Positions 23,501 to 36,995 of a stretch of DNA of 61,794 nt are shown in pieces; positions within the stretch are counted from its first letter, which is position 1, and every line of letters begins with the position of its first letter. The notes under the pieces were generated by a model. The model ran no database searches, was not told the origin of the DNA, and worked only from the letters and a program-made list of their open reading frames with translations. The DNA comes from Macrostomum lignano (lineage: Eukaryota), in NCBI GenBank assembly GCA_002269645.1, contig NIVC01000605.1, positions 1-61,794 of the forward strand, read 5' to 3'. A program made the position numbers and the translations under genes.

Positions 23501-24640
23501 TTATCCCATGTCTACTTTGTGTCTCTTATCCCATGTCTACTTTGCGTCTCTTATCTCATGGACCTACTTTGCGTTTCTTATCTCATGTCTACTTTGCGTC
23601 TCTTATCTCATGGACCTACTTTGTGTCTCTTATCCCATGTCTACTTTGCGTCTCTTATCTCATGGACCTACTTTGCGTCTCTTATCTCATGTCTACTCTG
23701 CGTCTCTTATCTCATGGACCTACTTTGCGTCTCTTATCTCATGTCTACTTTGCGTCTCTTATCTCATGGACCTACTTTGCGTCTCTTATCTCATGTCTAC
23801 TTTGCGTCTCTTATCTCATGGACCTACTTTGCGTCTCTTATCTCATGTCTACTCTGCGTCTCTTATCTCATGGACCTACTTTGCGTCTCTTATCTCATGT
23901 CTACTTTGCGTCTCTTTTCTCATGTCTACTTTGTGTCTCTTATCTCATGTCTAATTTGCGTCTCTTATCTCATGTCTACTTTGCGTCTCTTATCTCATGT
24001 CTAATTTGCGTCTCTTATCTCATGCCTACTTTGCGTCTCTTATCTCATGTCTAATTTGCGTCTCTTATCTCATGCCTACTTTGCGTCTCTTATCTCATGT
24101 CTAATTTGTGTCTCTTATCTCATGCCTACTTTGCGTCTCTTATCTCATGTCTAATTTGCGTCTCTTATCTCATGTCTAATTTGTGTCTCTTATCTCATGT
24201 CTACTTTGCGTCTCTTTTCTCATGTCTAATTTGCGTCTCTAATCTCATGTCTACTTTGCGTCTCTAATCTCATGTCTACTTTGCGTCTTTAATCTCATGT
24301 CTAATTTGCGTCTCTTATCTCATGTCTAATTTGCGTCTCTTATCTCATGCCTACTTTGCGTCTCTTTTCTCATGTCTAATTTGTGTCTCTTATCTCATGT
24401 CTACTTTGTGTCTCTTATCTCATGTCTACTTTGTGTCTCTTATCCCATGTCTACTCTGCGTCTCTTATCTCATGTCTACTTTGTGTCTCTTATCTCATGG
24501 ACCTACTTTGTGTCTCTTAACTCACGTCTACTTTGCGTCTCTAATCTCATGTCTAATTTGCGTCTCTAATCTCATGTCTACTCTGCGCCTCTTTTCTCAT
24601 GTCTACTCTCTATCTCTAATCTCATGTCTACTTTGTGTGT
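20508..24640. repeat. 4.1-kb 25/27-bp satellite (ctcatgtctactttgcgtctcttat) in AP-2 intron 4
   Basis: About 160 monomers, with stretches of 52-bp dimers. Confidence 0.95.
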
Positions 24641-25442
24641 CTAATCTTATATACACTCATTATTTCAATATCTACTCTATTTGCAACTCGAAAATGATTT
24701 CAAATCCAAACAATTTTCTCATTTTGTTTAGAAAAAAACAAATTCGACGGACAGGCGGGAGAACGGGAGGCCAACTTGAGCACAGCAGACCCGGCAGGAG
24801 GAGCATCGGCTCGGTGGCGGCAGAAGCGGCTTGGGGGGGGGGCGGGGCGCTCATTTCCGAGAAACACGGGCAAGGACGGCAGCGGCTCTGAGAGGGGCTC
24901 GAAAAGGGGGCCGGCCGCCAGCCGCAGCCATGAAAACTGTCGACCAGATCTCGCCTCGGGGCCCCCCTGAGCACGCTCCTGCTCACCAACTCACTCTTTT
25001 CCCGCTGAGCACACGGACAAGCCGCCTAACTAACCACCCCCCTCTCTCCACTCTGACTATGCCTCTCTTTTGTGAATTTTTACGCCCTGAGGGTTGGTTT
25101 TTGGGGGAGGGGAGGGGTGTCCGCGATCTGCCGCAATCTATACCTCACGGCCTCCCTGCTCCACCCACAGCCCCCTGTAGGACTCTTCAATTCTGAGGCA
25201 AGATGAAGGCCTGCGGTTGTAAGCATAGGAGGCTTAGACAAGGGCGAAACTGGGCCAATTAACCTGGGTGGCGAGGGATTCTGGGAGCTCAGAGTGAGGC
25301 GGCTCATGTCATCCGGGATGTGTGATGAAGCGGCAGGGGGGCGGGTTAGGGATGCGGTGTGTTTGCTCTCGGCAGGAGGTCCGAAACCGTTGTCTGTCAG
25401 TTTTTTTCACCCAGTCCTGGCAGACTGAGTCCCCCCGCTCAC

Positions 25443-25494
25443 CTTTTGCCAGAGCGAAGTGCTGAGGCAGTCCAGCCGAGTTCGCGCTGCCCGG
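25443..25494 (-). CDS. TFAP2: AP-2, exon 4 (52-nt small exon, PGSANSAGLPQHFALAK)
   Basis: ttttttcag| ... AAAG|gtgagc. 52 nt converts phase 0 (from 27781) to phase 1 (needed at 20471), with no stop. Confidence 0.7.
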
Positions 25495-25861
25495 CTGAAA
25501 AAAGATTCGGAAAAAAACGCTTTAAAGATATAAAAAAAGATTTCTAATATCGACTTCCGAGATAATTTAGAAGCCACCTGACTTGCCCCGGCACCTCTGC
25601 GAAAGTGAAATTTGATACAGATAATTTTAACTTCCTCTCCTAGTTCGAATTGCTCAATTAAATTGTGAGCAGGGCGCCAATTATAGCCTGGCCTCGGATT
25701 TCAATCGGGGCCTTTTGAAAATTTTCAATTTTTCAACGCTTTCCACTGGCTTGGCAACTGTTGCCTGTACCCTCCTCTTCCGTGACTGCCGACTTCCTGA
25801 GCTCTGCTTTGATTCTAGCTTTCATTGCCGCTCCCGACCCGCTGCTGGCGATAACCTGATT

Positions 25862-26375
25862 GCCTCTCCCTCTCCTCTCTCCTCCCCCTCTCTCTCCTCG
25901 CCTCTACCTCTCTCCACCTCTCTCCTTCCAATCCCTCCCCCCTTTCTCCCCCTCTTCTCTCCCTTTCTCCTCTCCCTCTCTCCTCTCCCCCTCTCTCCTC
26001 CCCCTCTCTCCTCCCCCTCTCTCCCCCCCCTCTCTCCTCCCCTCTCTCCTCCCCCTCTCTCCTCCCCCTCTCTCCTCCCCTCTCTCCTCCCCCTCTCTCC
26101 TCCCCCTCTCTCCCCCCCCTCTCTCCTCCCCTCTCTCCCCCCTCTCCTCCCCTCTCTCCTCCCTCTCTCCTCCCCTCTCTCCTCCCCTCTCTCCTCCCTC
26201 TCTTCCCTCCCTCTCTCCCCCTCTCCTCTGCCCCTCTCTCCTCTGCCCCTCTCTCCTCTCCCTCTTCTATCCCCCTCTCTACCACTCCCATTCCCTTCTC
26301 TCCTTGCCCTCTCCCCCCTCTCCTTTACTTCTCTCCTTTCTCTTTTCTCTCTCTCATCCCATTCTTCTCTCACTC
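25862..26375. repeat. C/T-rich low-complexity tract
   Basis: ctctcctcccct units. Confidence 0.85.
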
Positions 26376-27254
26376 CCTGCTCCTCAAAACGCTGCTCATC
26401 CAACGCCTTTACACAGGTAGCAATTAATTAGCCAGCAAATAGACACAAGCAGCACTCGGGAAGCCAGGGTCATTCTAGCAACCTGGATACCTGAGCACTG
26501 CTGCACTAAATTGATGGTCAGGAGTCTCCGACTGTATCTGGGCTGGCAATTCTGAGCGCCAAGACAAGTTTGTTTCCTAGAAACACAGCCTGACATCAAC
26601 TTGGTTGCCAAGAGTCGGTCGAGGGTCCAGCCTTAGCGATCTGGCTCTGAAAGGGGCTTAAAAAGCATCTCAAAAGATCCTCATAATGAGGGCCGGCTCT
26701 TACTCACCAGCCCCCCTCATTGATGCAATATCCCCTCGGGCCCATGACAACACAGCCCTTACTCTCCTCTTCCCCTTACGAGCTAAACATTTCCTACAGC
26801 CAAACCTAAATTGCAGCGAAGACTTTCTAAGAACAACAACAGTCAACTTTGTGGATTACAAAGGAGAGGCTCCAGTCGGTCATAAGACACGACTGGGAAG
26901 AGTTCGGTGAGGCGTGAAGGCAGACTCTGGCATGCTTGTGTGGCTCTTGACAGCTCACAGGTTCCAGCTGGAAGTTGAGAACTTGTCTGGGGTTCCGTGT
27001 CCTGGCCTATTAGTGCTCAGCTCAACCAGCAAGGTGGAGATCTCAGAAGCAATTTTAAGCTTATCAAACTGAGCACAGGTGGGCGGAATTAACAGAGATT
27101 TGATTTGTCCATTTAGCCAGCAAAAATTTTCGAGTATTGAATTTTCGGCTATCGATAGCAACTCGAGATAGAGGCGGGTTGTCACGCGAACTGCTCTTGA
27201 CCGGCCGGTGGTTCACAAGGGATTTGAAATTAGACTCCATTCGGAACAGGGGAA

Positions 27255-27700
27255 CAGGAGAGACAGGGCGACAGGGTGACAGGGCGACAGGATGACAGGG
27301 TGACAGGATGACAGAGTGACAGGGTGATAGGGTGATAGGGTGACAGGGTGACAGGGTGACAGGGTGATAGGGTGACAGGGTGACAGGGTGACAGGGTGAC
27401 AGGGTGACAGGGTGACAGGGTGACAGAGTGACGGGTGACAGAGTGACAGAGTGACAGGGTTTTCAGGGGTGACAGAGTGACGGGCGACAGAGTGACAGGG
27501 TGACAGGGTTTTTTTGGGGTGACAAAGGGTCTCCAAGGATGACAGAGTTTTCAAGAGTGACAGGGTTCTCAGGGCTTCCAGGGTTTCCAGGGCTTCCAGG
27601 GTTTCCAGGGCTTCCAGGGTTTCCAGGGTTTCCAGGGCTTCCAGGGTTTCCAGGGCTTCCAGGGTTTCCAGGGCTTCCAGGGTTTCCAGGGTTTTCAGGA
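27255..27700. repeat. Adjacent 8-bp (gggtgaca) and 9-bp (ccagggttt/ccagggctt) arrays in AP-2 intron 3
   Basis: Visible tandem units. Confidence 0.9.
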
Positions 27701-27780
27701 GGACAGGGGTGACAAGAGAGGATTAAATCGCATTCATCCAATTTATTCGCTCAAAACTCATCAATCTTGTCAAATCTCAC

Positions 27781-28002
27781 CAGCTGCTCCTGACACATTG
27801 ATGCGGAGACTGATGTCAGAGCCGTCACGTGCTGTTGATGCTGCTGGCTGTGCTGCAAGTGCTGCTGAAGATGAGAGTGCTGTTGATGAGGCGGCAGCTG
27901 CTGCTGCTGGTGCTGATACTGCTGGCTCGCTGCCGCCGCCGCGTACATCGAGCTGTACGAATTGGCAGCCGCGAACTGCTGCCACGGGTCCTGGAACTCG
28001 AA
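27781..28002 (-). CDS. TFAP2: AP-2, exon 3 (Q/H-rich)
   Basis: cctgccag|FEFQDPWQQFAAANSYSSMYAAAAASQQYQHQQQ...QEQL|gtgaga, phase 0 at both ends. An alternative in-frame acceptor sits at 27990. Confidence 0.75.
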
Positions 28003-28225
28003 CTGGCAGGGGTGGGTCAGAAATTGGTTGGGGTTGCAGATGCCTTGGAGTCTGCTGTCATCTCTTCTCCCCTCTCTCCGCTCTCTCTCCGCCCTCTCCG
28101 CTCTCTCTCCGCCCTCTCCGCTCTCTCCCTCTCTGCGTCAGGGTTCAAGAACTTTTCACACTCTCTCTCCGTTCTCTCTATGACCGTAAGAAATGAGCCT
28201 AGCTCGTTATTTTTATGAGTCTCAC

Positions 28226-28450
28226 CTGATGAGACCCGGCCGCTGCTGGCAGGTGATGAGGATAGGGCGGCGGGAAGTACGGAGGCTGGAAGTCGCCGCC
28301 CATGGCGCCGCTGACGGCACTAACGCCGCCGATGCCAACATCGCCAGCGATTGGGTTGAAGACTGCGGCTGGCAGGTGCGGCGGCATCGGGCTGGACTGC
28401 TCAATCTGCTGGACTAGACTGGCCCCCTGCTGGGCCGCCTGCCGCCGCTC
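28226..28450 (-). CDS. TFAP2: AP-2, exon 2 (PY transactivation motif)
   Basis: ccgcag|ERRQ...GDFQPPYFPPPYPHH...HQ|gtgaga. DFQPPYFPPPY is the AP-2 activation motif. Confidence 0.92.
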
Positions 28451-28473
28451 CTGCGGGGTGGGGCTGACACCGT

Positions 28474-29325
<852 letters not shown>

Positions 29326-29342
29326 ACATAAAGCCAACTCAC

Positions 29343-29393
29343 CGCTCCATGATAATCTCCATACGTGAGCAGTCTCTGGTCCAGGACGGGCAT
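29343..29393 (-). CDS. TFAP2: AP-2, probable first coding exon ([17 protein letters not shown])
   Basis: gaaATG ... GCG|gtgagt is a strong phase-0 donor matching exon 2. Length and position resemble the short AP-2 first exon. Confidence 0.6.
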
Positions 29394-29959
29394 TTCTCTG
29401 TTCAAGGCAATCTGAGCTTGGGAGATGTCGCTCTCTGTGGATTTTCAGCTTCCCAGAAATCACAGCGGCAAGTTGATGGGCAAAATTATTCTTGCAGAGA
29501 CAGAAGAAGCCACTCGGAGTCACCCCTGCTCACCCTGCTCAGACTGCGCTGCGATCCCATTGGCTCATCTCAATCGAGCAGTGGCTGAGCTGCTCTCCCC
29601 TAACTGGCTGGGAGAATTGGGAGAATGAGGGAGCGGGGATCTCACCCGCTCTGCTCAGCCCTAACTTTGCAAAATTATTTACCAGTCTTACCTGTCAGTC
29701 AGTCGCATTCGTGCCACTTTTCAAAATAATGCTTACCTAACGAGTGATTTGAGTCTAGGGGATTTAGTTATTAACAAGCGGCTTTGGGGATAATTCGGGA
29801 AGTTCAGTCTGGCAGAAGGGATAATGGCGGAGCGCGGCCGGCCAGTCATGCGGCAGAGTTGAGTCGCTTTGTTTTGGAACGTGACAAAATTTTTATGAAT
29901 GAAAACTCAATTCTGCAGCTGATAATCTCAGCCCAGGTAAGGTGAGAGTGAGAGAATGA

Positions 29960-31005
29960 GACAGATTTTATTGAATTGGAACGGTATTAAGAAGACATTA
30001 AAATGAGTGAGATTGGATTAGGAAGGCTGAAATTAGTTAAGTGAGATTGAAGACAACAGACGTGAGATCGGATACCGAAGGGTAAGATCGGATACAGTAG
30101 GGTTAAGATTAGATACAGATGTGGTGAGATTAGATACAGAAGGGTGAGATCAGATACAGAGGGTATGAGATTGGATACAGATGGGTGAGATCAGATACAG
30201 AGAGGGTAAGATTGGATACAGTATAGGTGAGATTAAATACAGAAGGGGTGAGAATAGATACAGAAGGTGTTAGATTTGATACGGTAAGGGTGAGATTGGA
30301 TACAGAAGGGGTGAGGTTCGATACAGATGGGGTGAGATTAGATACAATGGGAATGAGATTGGATACAGTATAGGTGAGATTAAATACTGAAGCGGTGAGA
30401 TTCGATACAGAGGCAGTAAGATTTTATACAGTAGGGGTGAGATTAGATAAGGTACAATGGGGTGAGATTAGATACAATGGGGTGAGATTAGATAAGGTAC
30501 AATGGGGTGAGATTAGATACAATGGGGTGAGATTAGATACAGTGGGGTGAGATTAGATACAATGGGGTGAGATTAGATACAGTGGGATGAGATTAAATAC
30601 AGAAAGGGTGAGATTAAATACAGAAGGGGTGAGATTAAATACAGAAGGGGTGAGATTAAATACAGAAGGGGTGAGATTAAATACAGAAGGGGTGAGATTA
30701 AATACAGAAGGGGTGAGATTAGATACAGTGGGGTGAGATTAAATACAGAAGGGGTAAGATTAGATACAGTGGGGTGAGATTAAATACATAAGGGGTGAGA
30801 TTAAATACAGAAGGGGTGAGATTAGATACAGTTGGGTGAGATTAGATACAATGGGGTGAGAATAAATATAGAAGGGGTGAGATTAGATACAGTGGGTGAG
30901 ATTAAATACAGAAGGGGTGAGATTAGATACAGTGGGGTGAGATTAAATACAGAAGGGGTGAGATTAGATACAGTGGGGTGAGATTAAATACAGAAGGGGT
31001 GAGAT
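29960..31005. repeat. About 21-bp minisatellite (gggtgagattaaatacagaag)
   Basis: Degenerate on the left, homogeneous on the right. Confidence 0.9.
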
Positions 31006-31602
31006 GGTAATTGCACTTCAGGTAGAAGGTGGGATGAAATCCGTGACCGGGAATCGAACTTGAGTCTTTCATAGAAATATCGATCGGTGTCTGCTAGAGA
31101 ATATGTGCGGCAGACAGATTGGATTGCGGGAGATTCGGGGTCAAACATGAGCAGTCAGGTGACCCAAGAGGCAATAACAAGGCCAGCGACATTCAGACGG
31201 TACAACCCCAAGATGGATTCCAAGAAGGCCACTTCAGAAGCGGGAGCAGAGTCTGAGAGGGAGACAATGATTTCGATAGGAAGCGATCGATGCCACTCAT
31301 GCACCTCATGAATAAGTAATTGGAGAAATATGAGATTGGGTGAAAATGGTCTGCAGTGCTTTGTGAGCACATCTTAACGGTGAATTGACAGCACTATGCT
31401 TTCTTTTTTCTGTGTCTGATTGTACCTTGACCTCAGCGAGTCTCGATCAATTGAGTAGGAGCTCCACAGACTGGCTGTAGGCCACCTGTTCACTCATCCA
31501 GGACTGAATGAATGCGATGAAGATTCTGATCTACAAGTAACTTCTTTTGAAAGACAAGCTTTTTGCTGCCTCTAACTTTTTCATGATTGGGTGGTCATGT
31601 TG

Positions 31603-31980
31603 ACAGCATGACTAGGTAGGTGACAGCATGACCAGGTAGGTGACAGCATGACTAGGTAGGTGACAGCATGACCAGGTGACAGCATGACCAGGTGACAGCA
31701 TGACCAGGTGACAGCATGACCAGGTGACAGCATGACCAGGTGACAGCATGACCAGGTGACAGCATGACCAGGTGACAGCATGACCAGGTGACAGCATGAC
31801 CAGGTTACAGCATGACCAGGTGACAGCATGACCAGGTGACAGCATGACCAGGTGACAGCATGACCAGGTGACAGCATGACCAGGTGACAGCATGACCAGG
31901 TGACAGCATGACCAGGTGACAGCATGACCAGGTGACAGCATGACCAGGTGACAGCATGACCAGGTGACAGCATGACCCGG
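31603..31980. repeat. 16-bp minisatellite (gacagcatgaccaggt)
   Basis: About 23 copies. Confidence 0.95.
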
Positions 31981-33124
31981 TGTGAGGTGCTGGAATCGCC
32001 CATTACTAGTGAGGAAATGCATAAAATGATCCCTATAGTAGGGAGACAATATTAAAAGCATTTTCTTTAATCCCAGACTAAGGGTTGCCCAATGGGTCCA
32101 TTATTTTTATTCCATTTCGATTTCCCAAGGAGCCGCGGCTTTCCCCTGCTTGCCCCCAAGTTTTTTCTGTTTATTTTCAATTTACATTGGCAGCAAACAA
32201 AGAATTCGGCAACAGCCTCCCGGAGACTCCAGCTTCGCCCACTTGATGTTGATGCCCGGAAGCTAAAAAAGCTTTTTGGGTTTTAATTGATTTTCTTTCT
32301 TCAATTAGGGCGCACAATTGTGCAACAGCCGGCTCGAAGAGTCTTGGGCAGAACTTGCTGGCGTGATTGCTATGGGGTAATTGGATGGATAAAGCAAACA
32401 GGCTGAGAAGCTGTTGCTGAGCACATTTGGGAGGCTAAAGGAGTCCTGTCTCTCATCCCTCTCATTCTTACCCTTTTTCTCATCAATTCTCATCCTCTTT
32501 TTCACGCATTGTCATCCTCTGTTTCATTCATTCTCATCCTCTTTCTCATCCATTCTCACCCTCTGTCTTATCCATTCTCACCTGCTTTCTCATCCGTTCT
32601 CACCGTCTTTCTCATTGATTCTCATCGTCTGTCTCATCCATTGTCACCCTCTGTCTCATCCATTCTCATCCTCTGTCTCATCCTTTCTCATCCTCTGGCT
32701 CATCCATTCTCACCTTTCCTATCCATTCTCACCTTCTTTCTCATCTATTCTCACTCTCTTTCTCATTCGGTCTAGCCTTTGCTAGACCGAATCGCAATTT
32801 CATTTCAACTTATCGAACAAAGACCGATCAGAAAGGGCAGCCCGGATGAGGCGGGCAGTCAGTGAGAGGAGTTTTGGTATAAAAAATATTCCCAACTAGT
32901 CATTTAGGGCCCTCATCCCCCGGTCACGCCTGGGGGCTCGGGGGGCCGCCCCAAAGCCAAGGGGACCAAAGTCTGGGGTGCCAACTCTTTTTCCGGAAAC
33001 CCCATTGTTAACCTTAAACCGTTTTTTAGACTTGCTTTCATTTAAAAAATCACTGAATTCTTAGCGATAACTGTTCAGAGCTCTTTGTAAACAGCATTTC
33101 TTAAAACTTTTTTTCATCTAGACG

Positions 33125-33412
33125 TTTGGGTTTAGGTTTTGGTTAGGGTTTATAGACTTGGGGTTAGGTTGGGGTTTAGCCTTGGATTTAGGTTGGGGTT
33201 TAGCCTGGGGTTTAGGTTGGGGTTTAGCCTTGGGTTTAGGTTGGGGTTTAGCCTTGGGTTTAGGTTGGGGTTTAGGTTAGGGTTTAAGCTTGAGTTTAGG
33301 TTAGGGTTACGGTTTAGGTTAGGGTTTAGGTTTGGGTTTAGGTTCGGGTTTAGGTTAGGGTTTAGGCTTGGGTTTAGGTTCGGGTTAGGTTTAGGTTCGG
33401 GTTTAGGTTAGA
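33125..33412. repeat. Degenerate telomere-like repeat (TTAGGG/TTTAGG variants)
   Basis: Visible units, followed by an (A5-6T)n run. Confidence 0.8.
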
Positions 33413-33623
33413 TTATAAATAAAAATTATAAAAATAAAAATAAAAATTATAAAAATAAAAATAAAAAAATAAAAAAATAAAATAAAAATAAAAATTCGCA
33501 CGAGGGGCTGCGGGAAACCTGGCGCAACGTCTTCGGCCTACAGCCTACAGCCATCATCCTACAGCCAGCGCTGAGGCAACCACGCACTCACACACACGCT
33601 CCCATAGGGTCTTCAGCGTACAC

Positions 33624-33819
33624 TTTAGGGTTTAGGTTAGGTTTAGGTTAGGGTTAGGGTTTAGGTTAGGGTTTAGGTTAGGGTTAGGGTTTAGGTTAGG
33701 GTTAGGGTTTAGGTTAGGGTTAGGGTTTAGGTTAGGGTTAGGGTTTAGGTTAGGGTTAGGGTTTAGGTTAGGGTTAGGGTTTAGGTTAGGGTTAGGGTTT
33801 AGGTTAGGGTTTAGGTTGG
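33624..33819. repeat. Interstitial telomere-like block (TTAGGG-TTTAGG-TTAGGG 18-mer)
   Basis: 196 bp, flanked by GCGTACAC direct repeats at 33616-33623 and 33820-33827. Confidence 0.9.
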
Positions 33820-34334
33820 GCGTACACGCTCCCATGTACACTCTCTGTACCATGGGGGTTGGTCCCCATGGGTGCGAATCACGTGAACCCCCCCCCTCCC
33901 CTACCAGTTTTGGCACACAAGCCTCAAATTAATGGGTGTCCGCGCCCTTAGCTTATAGCAATGTTCTTTTGACCGAATATGGAGAATTTATTCAACCCGA
34001 AAATGAGACTCAACTCTGCAAGGATTGTTCTTAACCTGGCTGGCCTTCAAACTGCAAATGTGCTTCCATGTAAGCCGTTTTTATAATAACCCAATAATTC
34101 TATGGGAGTTCAACCTGATTTGATTTTTTTTATTTCGATAAATTTTGGCCAGTGGGAGCCCGCATGCTGAAGTTCTCTGCCATTGTCTGCCTGATTGATG
34201 CGCTGAGATTGAGGATATTCTTTGCTTTTTTAGACAAATAACTCACAAAGAATACTGGGATGAAATTTAACATCGTTAGATCCCACATTCCCCTCTTTCA
34301 GGCACTCATTCGAAATTTCAATACTACACTCTCA

Positions 34335-34615
34335 GATTTCGTATCCCACACTCCCAGATCCCCTATCCCATACTCTCAGATCCCCCTATCCCATAATCTC
34401 AGATGCCCCTATCCCATACTCCCAGATCCCCTATCCCATACTCTCAGATCCCCCTATCCCATAATCTCAGATCCCCCTATCCCATACTCTCAGATCCCCC
34501 TATCCCATACTCTCAGATCCCCCTATCCCATAATCTCAGATCCCATATCTCACACTCTCAGCTCCCCTATCCCACACTCTCAGGTCCCCTATCCCACACT
34601 CCCATATCCCAGATT
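34335..34615. repeat. 23-bp minisatellite (cagatccccctatcccatactct)
   Basis: About 12 copies. Confidence 0.85.
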
Positions 34616-35049
34616 CCTACACCACACTATTTTACATCCCATCTGCTGTGATCGCTTTTAAATCCTATTTTTAAAAGTAACAAAATTATGTAAGCGTGGG
34701 TAAGCCGTTATTCAAGGATCTGTCAAAAAAGATTTGTTTTTAAAAGTTAAGAATTTTTTTGTTTCTACAATTTCTACAATGAAGCAAAATGAACAGCACT
34801 GACCATTTATATTTAGAAAAGATCGTATAAGCAAACCCAGGAACTCGAATTAAAAATAAAGTTTATACTCACTGCTACTATCAGTAGGCAAGATGGGGCA
34901 TCAGTCAAGCAGGTCTCTTTGATGCAAAAAAAACCGCAACTTTATTAGCTAAGAAAAATTTACAGGCAATAATAATACTGCAATATTAACAGAAGCCAGT
35001 GTCTATTGACACTGACAATACTGTAAAATAGTCTGGGCAGAGCCTGGTC

Positions 35050-35775
35050 ATGACCGGGTCATTAAGCTACCCGGTCATTAAGCTACCCGGTCATGGAGCT
35101 ACCCGGTCATTGAGCTACCCCGTCGTTGAGCTACCCGATCATTGAGCTACTCGGTCATTGAGCTACCCGGTCATTGAGCTACCCGGTCATTGAGCTACTC
35201 GGTCATTGAGCTACCCGGTCATTGAGCTACCCAGTCATTGAGCTACCCGGTCACTGAGCTACCCGGTCACTGAGCTACCCGGTCATTGAGCTACCCAGTC
35301 ATTGAGCTACCCGGTCATTGAGCTACTCGGTCATTGAGCTACCCGGTCATTGAGCTACCCAGTCATTGAGCTACCCGGTCATTGAGCTACCCAGTCATTG
35401 AGCTACCCGGTCATTGAGCTACCCGGTCATTGAGCTACCCGGTCATTGAGCTACCCGGTCATTGAGCTACCCAGTCATTGAGCTACCCGGTCACTGAGCT
35501 ACCCGGTCACTGAGCTACCCGGTCATTGAGCTACCCAGTCATTGAGCTACCCGGTCATTGAGCTACTCGGTCATTGAGCTACCCGGTCATTGAGCTACCC
35601 AGTCATTGAGCTACCCGGTCATTGAGCTACCCAGTCATTGAGCTACCCGGTCATTGAGCTACTCGGTCATTGAGCTACCCGGTCATTGAGCTACCCGGTC
35701 ATTGAGCTACCTGGTCATTGAGCTACCCGGTCATTGAGCTACCCAGTCATTGAGCTACCCGGTCATTGAGCTACC
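35050..35775. repeat. 16-bp minisatellite (ggtcattgagctaccc)
   Basis: About 45 copies, abutting the end of the 36123 ORF. Confidence 0.95.
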
Positions 35776-36123
35776 TCACTTCCGGCCGGCAGACTCCGGC
35801 CGCCTCTTGCTGTCCATCTGGGCTATGAAGGCTTTGATCTGCTGGTGCACCGCGGCGGGCACTGACTGCACCACCGAGTCAACTTTGTCGTCAAACTGAG
35901 CTCTCTGCTCCTCCTTGTCGAGCGCCAGCAGCTCCAGCACGGCCCGGTTAACAGCGGCTGACACGCTGCCATCAGAGGCCATCGCCTCGCGCGCGAACTG
36001 CACCGCCACCTCGCCGTTGCGCCGTTCCCAGTCTCGAAGATGGCGCTCGATGCAGCGCTTGAAGTCGACGCCGCTACCGGCGCCAGTGGCGTCCGCCGCG
36101 TGGTCGCCTTTCTTTCTTGACAT
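35776..36123 (-). CDS. Hypothetical 115-aa helical protein (may instead splice out at AA|gtgag)
   Basis: aaaacATG start. GC-rich, host-like codon usage in an island between repeats. No family recognised. Confidence 0.55.
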   Translation of the reverse strand: MSRKKGDHAADATGAGSGVDFKRCIERHLRDWERRNGEVAVQFAREAMASDGSVSAAVNRAVLELLALDKEEQRAQFDDKVDSVVQSVPAAVHQQIKAFIAQMDSKRRPESAGRK

Positions 36124-36294
36124 GTTTTTTTGGCTGCAGATTGAACGAACTGATGAATAATGGTGACTTTTTATGACATTCTGCAAGGCAGCAGAGCCTT
36201 CGAGTTAGGTATTGAATTCTTTGTTGGAGACTTCTATGGTCAAAACCCTTCCAGACGCAAGGAAGTAATAATAATTTTTAATTAGTATGATTAT

Positions 36295-36723
<429 letters not shown>

Positions 36724-36724
36724 C

Positions 36725-36995
36725 GGTCACACTGTCACACTCTCACCCGGTCGCACTCTCACCCGGTCACACTCCTACCCGGTCACACTCTCACACGGTC
36801 CACACTCTCACACGGTCACACTCTCACACGATCACACTCTCACATGGTCACACTCTCACACGATCACACTCTCACATGGTCACACTCTCACCCGGTCACA
36901 CTCTCACACGGTCACACTCTTACCCGGTCACACTCTCACCCGGTCACACTCTCACCCGGTCACACTCTCACCCGGTCACACTCTCACCCAGTCAT
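36725..36995. repeat. 16-bp minisatellite (cacactctcacccggt)
   Basis: Visible tandem units. Confidence 0.85.

Noticed and set aside
20468-24569. Many overlapping ORFs up to 413 aa
   Set aside because: Read-through of the 25/27-bp satellite.
27463-27741. Collagen-like Gly-X-Y ORFs on both strands
   Set aside because: A 9-bp intronic repeat; no signal peptide or splice context, and it lies inside AP-2 intron 3.
31030-31065. GTTCGATTCCCGGTCACGG on the minus strand, resembling a tRNA-Glu T arm
   Set aside because: No A box, D arm or acceptor stem upstream; at most a decayed fragment.
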